Made by a program: the position numbers and the translations under genes. DNA of 64,000 nt, taken from positions 930,001 through 994,000 of the forward strand of contig LSRY02000030.1 of assembly GCA_001643675.2 (NCBI GenBank), written 5' to 3'. The notes below the pieces were generated by a model. That model had not been told where the DNA came from and searched no databases. It saw only the letters and a program-made list of their open reading frames with translations. The stretch's first letter is position 1; each line of letters starts with the position of its first letter. Positions 34,965-49,572 of the stretch are shown piece by piece. The stretch is from Monocercomonoides exilis PA203. Lineage: Eukaryota; Protista; Preaxostyla.

Positions 34965-37396
34965 ATGTTTTTGCTACTTTTGTTTATAGCACAATCTTAT
35001 GGAAAAATGATATCTGTTAGAGTTGTTGAAAGACATGGTGAACGATTTTTTTTTATTTCATGAACAACTTTCTCATATCAAATTGTTGTGTTTTAAATCT
35101 TTTTGTACTTTTTCAACAATGTTAGGTGATCGTGCTCCTCTTCGTGAACTTCCAGTTTGCGTTGAAAACAATCATTATTTGAGTTTTTCCGAATTTTTTT
35201 AAAAAAATATATTATTGCATTATTTTAGAACGTACAAATTCCGGATCCGTTAGGAGAGCTCACACAACAGGGATTAAATCAACTTGAAAAAATTGGATCG
35301 AAAATGCGTGAGATATATGCAGAAAATGGAATTGTCCCAAAACAATATGATCCTCGAAAATTTTTCTTTTATACAACTCATGTTGATCGAACAAAAATGT
35401 CTCAGTCTGCTTTTGCACATGGGTTTTTCACATCTACGAGTGGTCCAGAAGATCCTGATACAAAAGAGCCAATCTTTGGAACTGGACTGACTCCATTGCC
35501 TTCACATTCAGTTTTGCCTCATAATGAGTATCTGCTCTTGAGTGCTTCAAGATGGTTTGAATGCTTATAAGCTGTTATCGTTTTTATTTTTGATTTTTGT
35601 TATTTGAAAAAATTTTGAATATTTTTACAAAAAATTTGTTTACGAATAATATTTTTTTTTCACTAATTTTGATTTTATTTAAAAAAAAGCAAAAATGCAT
35701 TGGATGCAATTGAAGAAGGACAAAAATCTGATTCTATGAAGCAGTATTACAAGGACAATGCAGCAACATTGAATAAGCTGTTTAATCAAGTTGGCACAAC
35801 AGCAGAGGGATACGATATTACTGATATCATTGATGTTCTGATATATCTCAACGAACACAAGTATGATGGGAATCTTCTTTCAGCATAATTTTTTTAACGA
35901 TTTCACAATTTTGTTGGCATTTTTATTTTGTTTTATTTATTTTTTTTTTATTATTGAACATTTTTTCACCTCTGATTATTCATTTTTCAAAATGTTCTGA
36001 TACTCAAACAATATCTCTCAGTCTTCCCTTCCCAGGCGGAATGACAAAAGCTGACTTCGATGAATATATGAAAATATTTGATTATCGTGTGCCATTTATT
36101 TCCTTATTGTTTTCTTAATATAAGTCATTTCTTGTGTTAATTGTTGGAATATGTTTTTTTGAATGTGATTCTTATATATCCCCCCCCCCCCCCCTTTCTT
36201 CTCACTATTGATCATTTTATATCATTAAAACTGTGGTCTTGACCAATTGTTACACATCTGATGTATTCTCTATTTGAAGTGTCTGTGACGTATTCTCCTG
36301 TTCACAACAAGAAGTTCTGCGATGCTGCAACTGGAATGTTCATGAAGAAAGTTTGCGATATTTTGAAAACAGAAAAATTTGCTATTTTTTCCCCTTTCTT
36401 TTTCTGGTTATTATTATTTTTTTATAATACTACTTTTTCTTGTATACAAAACAACATTTTTATCTTTTCAAATTTTTTTTTGATTCTCAATTAATCGTCA
36501 ATTTCATTCAAAAATATCGCATCCATCTCCCACCTTCCCCTCATCGTCTCATCGTCTCATCTTCTTTTTCCCTTCCCCTCTTCCCCTCTTCCTCTTTCCT
36601 TCTATCCCCCTCTATCCAGCTTCTCCGAGAAGTGTCCCAGGAGGTCAATTCTCCTCCTTCTGATGCCTCCTCTGAGCTCCCTGTGTTCTACCACTACCAC
36701 GGGCACGACTGGACTATCAACAGCGTCTTCGGCTGCCTCGGGCTGAATAACACGAACAACCCTTCATACGGCTCATTGATAGTGATTGAGACACATGTTG
36801 ATGACAATGACCAAAAAAAGGTGTATTTTAAGTTCAAAAAGGCGCTGAATGTGTCAAAGGAGGCGGAGAATCTGCAGTTGGAAGAATGGACTCCGAAATA
36901 TTGCCCGGCTGGGAAGGAATACTGCGATTTTGATGTTTGATTTGCTATGATTTAATTTTGATTTATTTTATTATTATTCATTTTTAATCGATTATTTTAT
37001 ACTCTTTTTTCATAATGAAACACACTTTTTAAAATATTAAAATTTTTTAATCATAATTCTTATGAATGTTGTCTCCAATTATTTTCTTTATGATGTGGTG
37101 CAATGATCACCAATTTCTTCTCATCCGACTTCTCTCTCTTCATCTCTCTCCTTCTCTTTCTTTCCTAGTCATTCTCCAAGCAATGGTCTCCTTACTGGCA
37201 GCAGGCGAGCGACGAGAACTGGTACAAAGACGTGTGTGGGATGGCCATCAAAGGGAGCAACACGATTCTTGTCATCATTCTTGTTGTGCTGGCTGTGGTG
37301 TTTGCTCTTTCGCTGGCTGGTCTGATTGTGCTGTGCGTGTTCTATTTGAAGACGAAGCCTGAGAAGATCGCTGGGAAAGAGGTGACAATGCAATGA
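34965..37396 (+). CDS. Histidine acid phosphatase (branch 2, lysosomal-type, type I membrane protein), multi-exon
   Basis: Signal peptide; RHG/DRAP motif split by intron 35038-35125; GELTQQG; DRTKMSQ; GHDWTI (HD motif); PSYGSLIVIE; C-terminal TM ILVIILVVLAVVFALSLAGLIVLCVFYL. Confidence 0.9.
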
Positions 37397-37429
37397 TATG
37401 CTGACTCATGATTGCTGATTATAATAACA

Positions 37430-37464
<35 letters not shown>

Positions 37465-38075
37465 ATCAATTTAACAGAATGTTTTTAAATAAAAGAAAAT
37501 TTTGTGTTTGTTTTTATTTATTTATTTATTTTATTAATTTCAAATTTATTTCTGAAAATTTTTTTATCAGTGCATTTTTTGTTTGCTTCTGTCAATATGG
37601 GATCTTTGGATTTTTGTTATTTTCTCTTATGCAATATCCAGGTCGTATTCTTTCTCATCTGAGTGGGTTTTTGTATCTCATTGCTGGGAATTTTATTTTA
37701 TTTTATTTTTTTTAAAGATTTTGCCTGTTAAAGAGAGGCAAAAGCTTATGTGTTATTATTTCGTTGCATATATATTTGAATTTTTTTGAAGGCTTTAAAA
37801 GAGGCAATGGGAAAGTTTCATATTTGGGACAGAATCAAAACAATTAAAAATTATAATCATATTTTAATATTATTCATATGGTTAAATGGATAGATACAGT
37901 AAAACATGAAAAAGTTTTTTTAACAAATTTAATGCTGTCATGCTGTTTTCGTTATGTGTAATAATTTAACAATTTTCATCTCTTAAAAATGTTTTTTGGA
38001 TAGAAAAAATAATTACACATTAACTATGATCGTTTTTCTTTATAATTTTTCAGTGATTGACATTTATCTGAAATT

Positions 38076-41000
38076 ATGAGTCAAGATGGGGATAATAAAT
38101 ATTTTTCATTAACTCCAGAACAGTGGAACGCAAATTTGAAAAAAATCTTCCCCGAACAGATTCCAAATAGTTGTTCTTTAATTGGAGGAAATGGCTTTGG
38201 ATCCTGTTCCTGCAAAATCTCATTTACATATGGACCTAACATTGCGAAGCTTTTCGCTTTTTTTGAAAATGCTTTGGATAAAACTTTCTTGAATGAACTT
38301 GAAGAATTTTGTAATAAAATTTGTGAGCAAAACAGTGCACATATCCAAAGGGAAATTCAAATATTCCCCAATGAAGCATTTGAACCGAAATTTATTGTTT
38401 TCATAAGACCATTTGCTCCATGTACTTTGAAAACATATTTGAAGTAAGTAATTATATTTTTTTATCAAAATTTTGCATTTTGAAAACGTTTTGATACGGT
38501 TATTTTTGTTTCTCAGATTTAGACAATATAGCATGCCGTTAATCGATAAGTGCTGGTATATTTACCAAATAATTCAGGCAGTTGCGGATCTTCACAGCAT
38601 GAAATTGTATCATGGACATTTATGCGTTGATAATTTCGTGCTTGTCAGAGGATATTGGATTCACCTAACAGACTTCGATGTTTTTCGCTCCGACACAATC
38701 GACTTCTTTTCGGATCACGCTGGATTTATTTATTATTATCATCCCTGGATTCCAGGCATGATAACTCCATTAACGCTTGGATTTTCATCTGCTCCCGAAC
38801 GACTGAGGAAGAGCAAGCTCCAATACGAAACGCAGAACATTCCGCAGATCCACCCGCTGACTGAGACAGCGTCTACCGAGCGTGTCACAGGCGACGCAGA
38901 CCGGCTGAAGAAGATTCACAAAGAGCGTGTAGAGTTTCTGCAGAGGGCAGACATCTTCAGCTTGGGCTGCTGCATCTGCGAGGTGCTGAACGATGCTGTT
39001 CCTCTCTTCACTTTGGAGGATGTCCCGAAGCTGGCCAGCGAGGAGTTCGAAAGCGACTTCTTCTGTTCTCGTCTGAAGGACGCCTTCAAAGTCCCTGAGC
39101 CGACGGCCGATGACAACAGCAATTTTGGCCGTTTGCCTTCATCTTCTGCACATCTGAAGGCGGAATCACAGAAAGAAGAGAAGGAGAAGGAAAAGGAGAA
39201 TGAGAAAGGAGAGAGAGAAAGAGAGGAGAAGGAGCAGCAGTTACGTCTGGCCATTCCACAAGGTCTGCTTGAGCTGATCTACACGATGGTCATCAGCGAG
39301 CCCTCGAGTCGCATTTCTGCAGCCGATGCGCTGGCGAAGATGGACGAGATGTTTCCTCTCTTTCCTGTTCTGCACGAGGCTCTTTATCAGTCAATGGACT
39401 CCTCTCCCAGCTGTGCTGTTGCGTTTGCCTCTACACCATGTGTAGTTGCTGCAATGAAGAAGTATTTCATGGAGCCTTCGCCCAGTCTGCCTTTTCCTTT
39501 CCTCAGAAATGGAAGGAAAATTGTGTTTGCTTCGCCAGCACCTAAAGAAAGAGAAGAAGAAGAAGGAAATGTGCTTTCTTTGGCTCAAATCAAAGGAGAT
39601 TCTCGTGTGGACAGTGCAAACTGTGGATTGAGTGCGAAGTTCAGCTTTGAAAGAGGAAGTGAGGCAATGAAAGAAGGAGGATATGGAAGAGTAGGAGGAA
39701 GAGAAGGAGCAGGACTTATTGAATATGACAAAGACGAAAGTGAAGACGAAAGCGAAGATGAAGGAGATTGTGTGGAAAGTGGCAAATCAAGTGAGATTTG
39801 CCGAGCAGGAAGAATTGATATAAATCAGCTTTTGAGTCATTTGGTTTATGTTGACAGCAAATTTGCTTCGATTTTGCCTTCTTCTCTTCGTGTTCACAAT
39901 GCCTTTGATGCCTTTCTCACTCAGAATATTCCACAAATAACATCATCATCATCATCATCTTCTTCTTCTTCTCTTTATCCTCAACAGAATTCATCGTTAA
40001 ATCTCAACTATTCCCCCATGAGCTGCTTCTGCCTCTTTTCCGATTTTATTTCAAAATGTCTTCGTTCAATTGACAAGACAAAATCAAAAGGCATTTCGGA
40101 TTCTTCGAAAGAGAACGGAAAAATATCGAAGAAGAAAAGTGATTTATTAGACAATGCAGAGGAAGAGGTGGAGGAGGAGGAAGAGGAAGATAATAATAAT
40201 GATGAAGATAACAATGAAGAAGAAGAAGAAGATGATGATGATAATGTTTATGTGTCAGATAACATTATCTGCCTTCCTCCCATCCAATGTTTCGGAGAAA
40301 GCCCCTTTTCTTATTCGTCCACGCTCAAAATGCTTTCTGAGAGTGCTGACTGCACTCAGCCAGTTCCTTCTGCATCTTCTTCCTCTTCTTCTTCCTGCTT
40401 TTTCCCTTCTTCATCCTCATCCTCCTCCTCATCATCATCCTCTTCCTTTTTCCCCTCTTCTTCTTCCTCTTCCTTCTACTCTTCCTTTTACCCTTCATCA
40501 TCATCTTCCTCTTCCTCTTCTCTTCTAAGCTCCACCAATTCCTCCTTCGGTTTGCCCTATTTGCCCAACCCTTCCATCGTGTCTGTTCCTTCTTCCATTT
40601 TTGCCCTTCCTTCCATCCTTCGCCATCTCCTCCATCCTTCTTTCGCCTTCTCCTTCAATCTGCAAGCTTTGCGTTTGGCTTCTCTTGTTTGTGATTCTGT
40701 TCCGTTCTTCCCTTTTGCCTCTCGAATTATTGCTCCTTCCGTAGTCTTCTTGTTGTTTTCAACTCTTTCAAAAATTTCATCATCATCTTCTTCATCCTCC
40801 TCCTCCTCCTCTTCTTCTTCTTCTGATTCAATTCCCTTAATCCAACCATCTTCTTCTTCTTCTTCTTCTTCCTCTTCCTCTCTTTCCGACTCATCATCTT
40901 CATCTCCTCCTCCAACTTTCTCCTCTTTCCTTTCGTTGCTCGATGATTCTCTTTCTCTCCTGTCAAGAATCTTATCTTCTGCCACAGCTGGTCTTTCTCT

Positions 41001-44000
41001 CCTCTCTCAGCATTCTCTTCAGCTTTCCCGCCTTTTCGACAGAAGCAGCCTTTTCCTTCTGTTGGATGGGAATTACCAATCGCCTTCATCAAGTGTTGTG
41101 CGTGGAATTTCATCATCATCATCATCTTCTTCTTCTTCGTTTTCTTCGTCTTCGTCTTCATATTCTTTTTCTTCTTCCATTTCATTTTCAAATGATTTTA
41201 CTTCACCTTTCTCATCATCATCATCATCATCGTCATCGTCATCATCATCATCCTCTTCTTCTGCATCTGCTTCATCGTCGTCCTCCTCCTCTTCCTCCTC
41301 CTCCTCTTCTTCTTCTTCATCTTCTTCTTCCACTTCCTCCACTTCCTCCTATTCATTTCATCGTCTCTATCTTATCCCCATCTCCTCCAAAACACACTCC
41401 AATCTCCCCTTTTCCTTCTCTTCTCTTTCCTCCTTCCCAACCGAACACCTCCTCAACAACGACGACTTCAGAAACCGCCTCTCCAAATTCCAGTCAGATC
41501 GACAGAACATTCTCACTGATGATTCACTGGATGCGTCTGAAGACGAGCTTTTGCTTCTTTTCTTGCACGAGTTGCTATCCCTCTTCCATTTTGCCCTGTC
41601 AGCCATGTACCAATTAATTGAGAATATCCAAAAATTGCCTTCATCTGCTGCTGAAATAGCAGAGATCAACCATTCGTTTGTGATTCTCTCACAACATCTG
41701 CACGAAATCATCTATGTTCAGTCAGTTGCATCAAGTGTGGTGCAATCAATGCGCAATTCGAGTGAAGAAGAAGGAATGTTCATTGACGATGTGGCATTTC
41801 ACACGTGGAGCATTCAGAATGAGAGGGTGCTGATGATTGGCAGTGCAATCTTTGCAAACCTGCTGAAATGCGATTCAATTGACACTTCACTCAAACCTCA
41901 TTGTTTTCATTCATCTGCTGCTGATTGTGGCACTTCATTGGATTCCTTGATTGCAACTGCCAATTCACTTCCTTCTGTCTCTTCTGCTCTTCTTTCGTCG
42001 TTCACTCCTTCCCTTTCGTCCATCCAGACAATTGTCAATGTGATGAATCCTTATCTCTTCTGCCTTCTGCTCAATTCACTCGATTTTGCTGGCTTTCTCT
42101 CGTATTCTTGTTATTCCTCTGCACATTCGTTTTCTCCTTCTCCTTCTCCTTCCTCTTCTTCTCTTCCTCTTCCTCTTCCTTCTTCAGTCATTTTGTCACC
42201 TCCAGTTGCTTCTGACAAATCTCTTTTGCATTCACCTCCACTTTACTCACCCTTTTCACAAGGAAAATATTCTTTCTCTCTTTTTTCACTGTTTTCTTAT
42301 GCATTTCCCTTCAACCCAATTTACTCTTCTTCTTTATCAGCTCCTTCGTTCACTCCACTTCGCTTTATTTCATCTGAATCACTTCCTGTTTTGTTTGCAA
42401 TGATCGCAAAACTTTATGTGAATATTCCAACTCAACTGTCAATCGAAGCTTATTCGCCTGCTCCAAATTCCGTTTTCCCTTCTCAAAAAGGCAATTCTTT
42501 CGCAAACAAGAAGAATTTTGTGAGTTCGGCTCAGTTTTTTGCTTATCTTTTCTCCTTTTTTGATGTTGCACTTTCGTCGGCTTTGTTTTATTGGGCGTTG
42601 CAAAGCTTTTCAGATTCTTCGAAATTCAAACAGATTTCGATGAGTTTCCAGCAGTTCAAACGAGAAGAAGAAGAAAGGAGGAAAGAAGAAGGAAATGAGC
42701 AAGGAAAAGAGGAAGGGAAGGCGAGAGAAGGGAGAGGCAAAGAAAGAGAATCTTCATTTTCTTCACCTTGGTCTTCTTCTCTTCCGCCTTATTCGCCAAC
42801 TGCATATCCTTCTTCAAATAAGACTTTTTCATCTCCACTCGCTCCATCGTCTGCATTCACTTCAGAGGAACTGGCTTCTCTCCCTCGCTCGACTGGCTCG
42901 AAGGATTCGCTGAAACTGAACAGAATGAGTGCGAATTCTGCTGATAGCACGAAGAGAAGTGGAATTGGGCTGTTGAGAATGTCTGAAGGAGGAAAAGGAG
43001 ATTCTGGTGGAGTTGGCAGTGGAGATCGGGAAGGTGCAAGAGAAGAAGGAAGAAGAGGGATGAAAGGAGGAGAAGGCAGCGGCTGGGTGTGCGGAGAATA
43101 CGAAGGCGAAGGTGAATGCAGCAGAAGTTGTGCAGAATTTGAGAGAAGAGAAGCAGAAATTCAATCAGAAGATGCTTCTGTTCGTATTGCCAATGTTGTC
43201 TGCTTCTTTGCAGCGGTGGCTGATCTCTTTGGAGAGGCCATCCCGTTGGAGTGCGTGAAGCTTGTGGCGCCTCTGCTATCATTTCCAAGTGCAAATGTGA
43301 GGAAAGGTTTGATGAGATGATGAGAAAGAGAGGAAGATGTGAATGCGGTTGGATTTTAGTTTTATTTCTTATTTTTTGAAATAGAAAAGCGCATGCAATA
43401 TTTAAGTCTTGAACACAGATTCATTTTATAAAAGCATTTTTCTGTTTTCTTTTTTGTTAAGTGATAGTATTTTGCGTTATTGTGGACTTTTTCTGGACTT
43501 ATACGAAATATCCAATTTTCCATTTTTTTTTTTTAAATTTCTGCTTTTTAATCACTTTGTATTTCATTTTTATTCGTTTCTTTCTTTCCTTTATTCTTTC
43601 AATCTCTTTTTCATTTTACAGAAAGCGTTCATTTTATTTCATTAGCAGCTAAACATTCCTCGTTGCAGTTTGTTGAGCTTCATCAGCTTGTTGATTACAA
43701 TCTCGATGGCTCATTTGGTCCTCTGATTGACCTTTCAGATGAGCACACTCTTTTGCGATCGCTCAACCCACCTGTATGCTTTTATCGTTTAATACTTATT
43801 CATTTTGAACAAAATAAATTGTTATTATTAACATTATTTATTATTCTAATTTTTTTTATTGATTTTCATTTTTATTCTAATCTTTTATTGCTTAATTTCA
43901 ATGGTGAATCAAAACAAAATACAGAGTTACTTGTCCACTTGGGAGAAAGCATTCAATGAATCAGCGAATGAAGTGCTCCAACAGCCCAGCAGACCCAGTC

Positions 44001-46239
44001 GGTTCTCTCTGACTGAAAGTGCAATCATTCAGCTTTCGCTTCACGTGCTGTCTTTTATCCCATCTGTGCTGATCGATCAGATGGAGCAGCTTCGTTCACC
44101 CCCATCCGCAATGCATGAGAGGAAAGCTATGAAACAAGAACATGGGAAAGAAGGGTGGAGAACAAGAGAGAATGTTGTTTATCATCAGGCAAACAGATCT
44201 GTTGGAGAAGAATCTGTGAATGAGAATGACTCCACCGAAAAAACAGTAAGCACAGGAGATTTCGTGTTTCGCGATGGAGACTTAAGAAATATTAGCTCAT
44301 TTGTTTCTCCTGACTATGCTGAGACATACACTCGTGTGCAACTGTATTTATTCACAAAAGCGACAAAAATGATTCATTTTGTAATTTTGATATCAATTTG
44401 TGATTTGTCTTATGAATTATTTTAAACTTTTCTTTCTTTCTTTCTCTCTATTTTTTATTTGAAAATACAAACTTTGTTCAGAATTGAGACCAAAGCGATC
44501 AAAGCCATCCATCTCATCAGTTGAGTTATGCGATGTCGTCTCAAAGCATTCATCGGCCGTGTCTTCGCTCAGCACACTCGAAAACGAAAGTTCCTCTCTT
44601 CTCTTCTCCACCGACTTGAATGGACGCTGCGCCTTTTGGGAATCAGACAACGATCGGCGAGTGAATCTGAAGTGTTCTCGTGAATTTGGCGGAGATTCTT
44701 CAGAATTGTGCATTTCTTCGTCTGGAGTTCTCATAGACAGCAACACATGTGCGATTTCTGCAGAGTACGAATACTGTTAATTTAATATTTGAGATAATTA
44801 TTTTTTTTTTTCTTGTAAACTTTCTTTTTCTTTATTATTATTATTATTTTGAAATTGAAAAACAATTTATTTCTTATAAAAACTAACTTTCATACAAATT
44901 TTACATTAAAATATTAATTTATGAATTTTCCCCATTCCTTCAGCTTCAACAAATTCATCAATAGGCCGTCTTTTGAGATATTTGACTATGTTTATCAGAA
45001 ATCTTTGTATTCCAGAAATATTTACGAATTTTTGACGGAGAGTCTTCATGTTTCTGGTGAAGATATAACTCTTCCTCTGCACTATCGCATCTTCTCCACT
45101 TCTCGTTTCACCGCTCCGTTTTGCTCGTCTCCTCTTCTTCTTCTTTCGATGGCGCATTCTCATTCGCATCTCTTCGATCCTCGCACACTTCAGTCGGCCT
45201 GGTGCTCAATGCCTCATCCTTCTTTGTCTCTCTCTGAAAATATCACAACTTCTGTTTCTCATTTGCCTAATTCGTTTTTGTATGCAATCGGCACAAGCGA
45301 AGGATATCTTTTTGTGTATGATATCAGAATGAAGGTGTGAAATCTCTGAAGGCTTCTGTTTTTTGCTCTTTTTAAATTGTTGCAGCAAGCAAACTGAAAT
45401 AGCATTGGATATGGGATGTTGAGCATTAAAAGTGAAAGCATTTCTTTTATTATTATTTCCTTATTTCACTATTGAAAATTCCTTTTTTTTTTAAACATAA
45501 TAATTATTTCTAATTTATATTCATTCAAATGAAAAAAATTTTCTAATTCTTCAATTTTACTCGTAACTCTCAGTCGCACCTTTTTGCAAAAAAATGCGAT
45601 TCTTCATCTCCCATCTTTTCCTCTTCATTCACATTTTCTCAACCAATAATTTCCCAAACATCTGCTTCTTCTTCTTCTTCTTCTTCCTCTTCCTCTTCCT
45701 CTTCCTCTTCCTCTTCTTCCTCTTCAACGCCAACAATATGGATATCTCAAGGTGACAAGGTTGATGGCTTCTCAATTTCATCCTCCATGAATCAAGTCGC
45801 CTCGCTAACGCTTACTCCTTTAGAAGGCGAAAAACAATCTTCTTATTCCAATACAGTTCAGACATATCAAAGAGAATATCATTTGCCTCTAGAATCTTCA
45901 AATATGAAAGTGAATTCACTTTTGACGTATCCTTGCTCAAGTTACCTGTTTGTTGGCTGTTCTGACCATTCAATTCGTGTGTGGAATCCATTTACTGTTT
46001 CTGCCAAGATGTCCACTTCAATGATGAAAGAATGGTGCCTTTTCGCTCCTTCGCAGATGAATAGTCAAAAAAATCAGACAGATGGATTTGAAAATCTCTC
46101 TTTTGAAAAGAAATTTGCAAGTGATGTTTGGGCAGCCGAAGAGACGACTGTACTTGCAAGCTGGGGGAGCCGTCTGATTTCAGGCGGTTCTTTAGGAAAC
46201 ATTTGGATTTTTGACTTCAATGCGAAAAAACAAGAATGA
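38076..46239 (+). CDS. VPS15: Vps15/PIK3R4-like protein: N-terminal (pseudo)kinase, Ser-rich helical middle, C-terminal WD40; multi-exon
   Basis: IDKCWYIYQIIQAV, HGHLCVDNFVL, WIHLTDFDVFRS, AGFIYYY, APERL and DIFSLGCCICE track the Vps15 kinase. WD40 signatures IGTSEGYLFVYDIR, VGCSDHSIRVWN and LISGGSLGNIWIFD. Exons join at GT-AG sites. Confidence 0.8.
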
Positions 46240-46905
46240 AAAGAGCATTTCATTTGATAAGAGTTATTTTCTACTCGAAATTTTAGGCAAATCTTTTTTT
46301 TTTATGAATGTCGATGGAAAATTATTTGTAAATTACTTATTAGAATCTTGGAAATTTTCGTATTTTAAATGAAACTTTAATGTTGCAGAAATATATGGAA
46401 TCGAAGTCTATTGGTTTTGTTGGGATTTTTGCATTATTGCTCTCTCACACATTTTAGTTTTATAGTTTGGGTGAAATTTTGAGTTTTGCAGATTCTGTAT
46501 TTTGATTTTTTGGTGCAAATTAGCTTTTTTTGCAATTCTATTTTTTGAAATCAAAGCTTAACATTGTGCCTATTGAAAATTATCGGAATTTGATGAACAA
46601 AATTAAATGATGATCAAACAATTAAAGATGTTCAAATGTCATAAGGGCAGATGGACACTTTTCTTGAGCATTTGAATTTTCTGTAGAAAATGGTCAAACG
46701 AATTATCATGTTCTCAAAATGCTTGCGCATTAAACCAAAGAATAAATTTCAGCATATGATGGAATTTAATTATTTTTAAAAGAAGAGAAGAAAAAAATGT
46801 GAAAAACAAATAAGTTGTTGAAAAAAATGAAAAAATCACCAAAAAATAATTATATTCGTCCGAAATCTATCTAAAACCTACTCAAAATGAATCGGAATTT
46901 TCATA

Positions 46906-47163
46906 TGTGTGATTATTTTTGATGTCATATAATTTCTAATTAAATTTTCGGTTTGAATATATCACCTTTATATAAACAAAAGAACACTTAAAAGAGAAAA
47001 GGCTCGAAAAACATTATTATGATTTTTATTTCTGCTTTAACATTTGTTTTAAGAACAGTTGTTATAGAATTCTTAAACAGAAAACAAAATATCTTCCCAA
47101 CGACAAATGAAAATAAAAAATTGACACCCCGAAAAAAGTTATAATTTCAAAAATAATCACACA
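46906..47163. mobile_element. MITE family A (258 bp, TA-flanked)
   Basis: TA|TGTGTGATTATTTTTGATGTCATA ... TATAATTTCAAAAATAATCACACA|TA. Confidence 0.8.
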
Positions 47164-47859
47164 TATTCCACATTCACAGACAAAACATCTCCTGTATTAA
47201 ATAACTTTTCTATGTCTAATTCTTTTGTTATTTTTTTTTTCCTTTACGCAATCGGTCGTGATCTTTATTATTTCATTCCTTCATTATATCTTCAAATTGC
47301 ATTTTCAAAGTGCTTTTGAACAAAAACATTGCAATTTGATCGGAAAGAGCTTTTTTTCTCATTCTTGATCGAAGCAAATAGGACTTTTTTGAATTCATAA
47401 ACTTTCAATGGTGTTTGTGAATGTTTTATTCTCTTTGTCAAATAATTCCCCTTTTGCCGAAAATCGTTTCATGAAAACAAATAAACTCTCTCAAACATTG
47501 GTAAGCTTTCCATTCGTCGGAATATATCTTTGTTCCGAATTTGATATGATCCAGAATTATTGAGATCAGTGAAAACTTTGGTTCTGTTTTGAATTATCAT
47601 TATGAATCGGAAGTTGATTCATTTGCCTTTTAACCTGTTAATTCCTTCAAAAAATCCAAATAATCTTTTTTTCCACCTTTTTGTATTTTATTTCTTCTTC
47701 ATAATGCTTCTCAATATCAACAGTCTTCCCATCTCCTTCAATCTTTTCTGACATCTGCACAAAATTTTAATGCATAAGCACATCATGACGCTTTCCCAAT
47801 TGGGCATGAGTGATAATTTTTTAAATCAAATTCTTTCTTATAAAAATTTCAGTTCGATA

Positions 47860-48605
47860 CACCAAAAATAATTCATATTCGAAAAAAACAATTCGATTTC
47901 GGAAATTTTAATTCAAAACCGAAAATAAATAATTCGAATTCAGAATTAATAATTCAAATTCGTAATTTATTAATTAGATTTCGTAAAAGAATAATTCTAT
48001 TTCGAAACGAAAAATATTTTGATTAGTGGAATTATTAACTTTCGTTTTGCTGTCAAAATACTCTTGATTTTTATCTCGTGAGCACACTTTGTTCTTTATT
48101 ATTTTAAAAATTACACATTTCCTTCAAAAAAAAAAATTCATTCATTTTGATTAAAAATATCATTATTTGAAATTAATTTGAAAAGAAAATGAATTCTTTT
48201 TCATTTTTGAAAAATTAAAGTTTTTTTATAAAATTTCACCAAAGAAACAAAAAAAAAAATCATTAGCAAAAAAATCTTGTCTTCAAAAATTCAATAAATG
48301 TGATTGAAAATTCACTATTTCCTTCAGGTTATTCAAAATAATGAATCATTTGCACAAATTAATCATCCAAGTGATGATTTTTGGAATTGAAAAATAAAAA
48401 TTCTAAAAAACTGATTCGCTTTTTATTTCAATTTAAAAAAACAATTTTCTTTGAGCAATGATATTCAAGATGTCAAACAATAACTTGACAATTTCTGAAA
48501 TCAATCCAATAAAAAATTCAAAATTTCAGTTTAAATGAATTTCGAAAATGAATTATTAATTTCGAAATTGAATTATTTTTTTTCGAATAAGAAATATTTT
48601 TGGTG
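47860..48605. mobile_element. ~750-bp foldback-like MITE with modular TIRs
   Basis: Left CACCAAAAATAATTCATATTCGAAAAAAACAATTCGATTTCG versus right reverse complement CACCAAAAATATTTCTTATTCGAAAAAAAATAATTCAATTTCG; ~20-bp aattc.aattcg sub-repeats next to the termini. Confidence 0.7.
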
Positions 48606-48717
48606 TGTATGAACAGAATAATTATAATTAAACAGTGAAAAGTTTAAACATCATTTATTGAAAAATATTTCTTATTTATATCTTTTCCATCGGTTTTCAG
48701 ATACAATAATGATGCTA

Positions 48718-49097
48718 TCCCTCTGTGACATGACAAGAAAAAATTGAAAAAATGACAAAATGACTGACAAGATATTTATGATTTGTCAAAAAGGGTTATT
48801 TTAAACGATTTTTCAATTTTTTATTTCAACAATAATCAATTTGAAAATCAACACACAACAAATTTCATTATTTTGAAAAAATCAAAATTATTGTAAACAT
48901 GATCAAGTTCCCAATATTTTATTTTTTTGACATGAAATGTCAGTTGAGGAATTTTTTGTCACAATTTGTCATTGACCGTCACTAACGAAAGAGAAAAAAA
49001 CAGATATTACAGATGCCAACAACATATCTTTTCCAAAGTGCTTTGCAAAATCTTTTGAAGTTTTCGCAATAGTATTTTTTTATTATAAATTTTTAAT

Positions 49098-49128
<31 letters not shown>

Positions 49129-49173
49129 TTGTGATAGACGAGGCTTCAAGTAATTTGTCAGGTCACAGAGGTG
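48718..49173. mobile_element. 456-bp Tc1/mariner-type MITE (TA-flanked)
   Basis: TA|TCCCTCTGTGACATGACAA ... TTGTCAGGTCACAGAGGTG|TA; internal TGACAA/TTGTCA motifs. Confidence 0.75.
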
Positions 49174-49572
49174 TAAATGATGCATTCAACATTTAAACGA
49201 GAAACTTCAAATGAAAGAAGAAATAAAACTTTTGAAGTATTATCATTAAAAGGGTGCATATTTTATCTTGACTTTAAGATTTTATCTCATCACTGTTTTT
49301 TTGAAACTTTCTGAAGTTTTTTTCGAGCTTAGCAGAGGTTTGAAACAAAACAAAACAAAACAAAAATAAATAAATAAATAAATAAATAAATAAACTTTTT
49401 TATTAAAATTATTTACAAGTTGCTTTTTATTTTCTATTGTGAAAATATTTTCTTCAAAAAAATTGTAAATATTTTTTTTAATTTTTGTACACAGGTCAAA
49501 GACTTGCTTGTAATGAAGCGAAAATTTTGTTCCGAACGTTTTTAGTCACAGCTTCACAATTCTTAGTTCATA

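Noticed and set aside
37431-37464. (TGA)n, (TTTTG)n at ~790-835 and (AAAAC)/(AAAT)n at ~49345-49393
   Set aside because: Ordinary microsatellites.
47880-48040. CRISPR-like or regulatory array in the ~20-bp aattc repeats
   Set aside because: Degenerate tandem sub-repeats of a MITE terminus, without unique spacers or cas genes, in a eukaryotic context.
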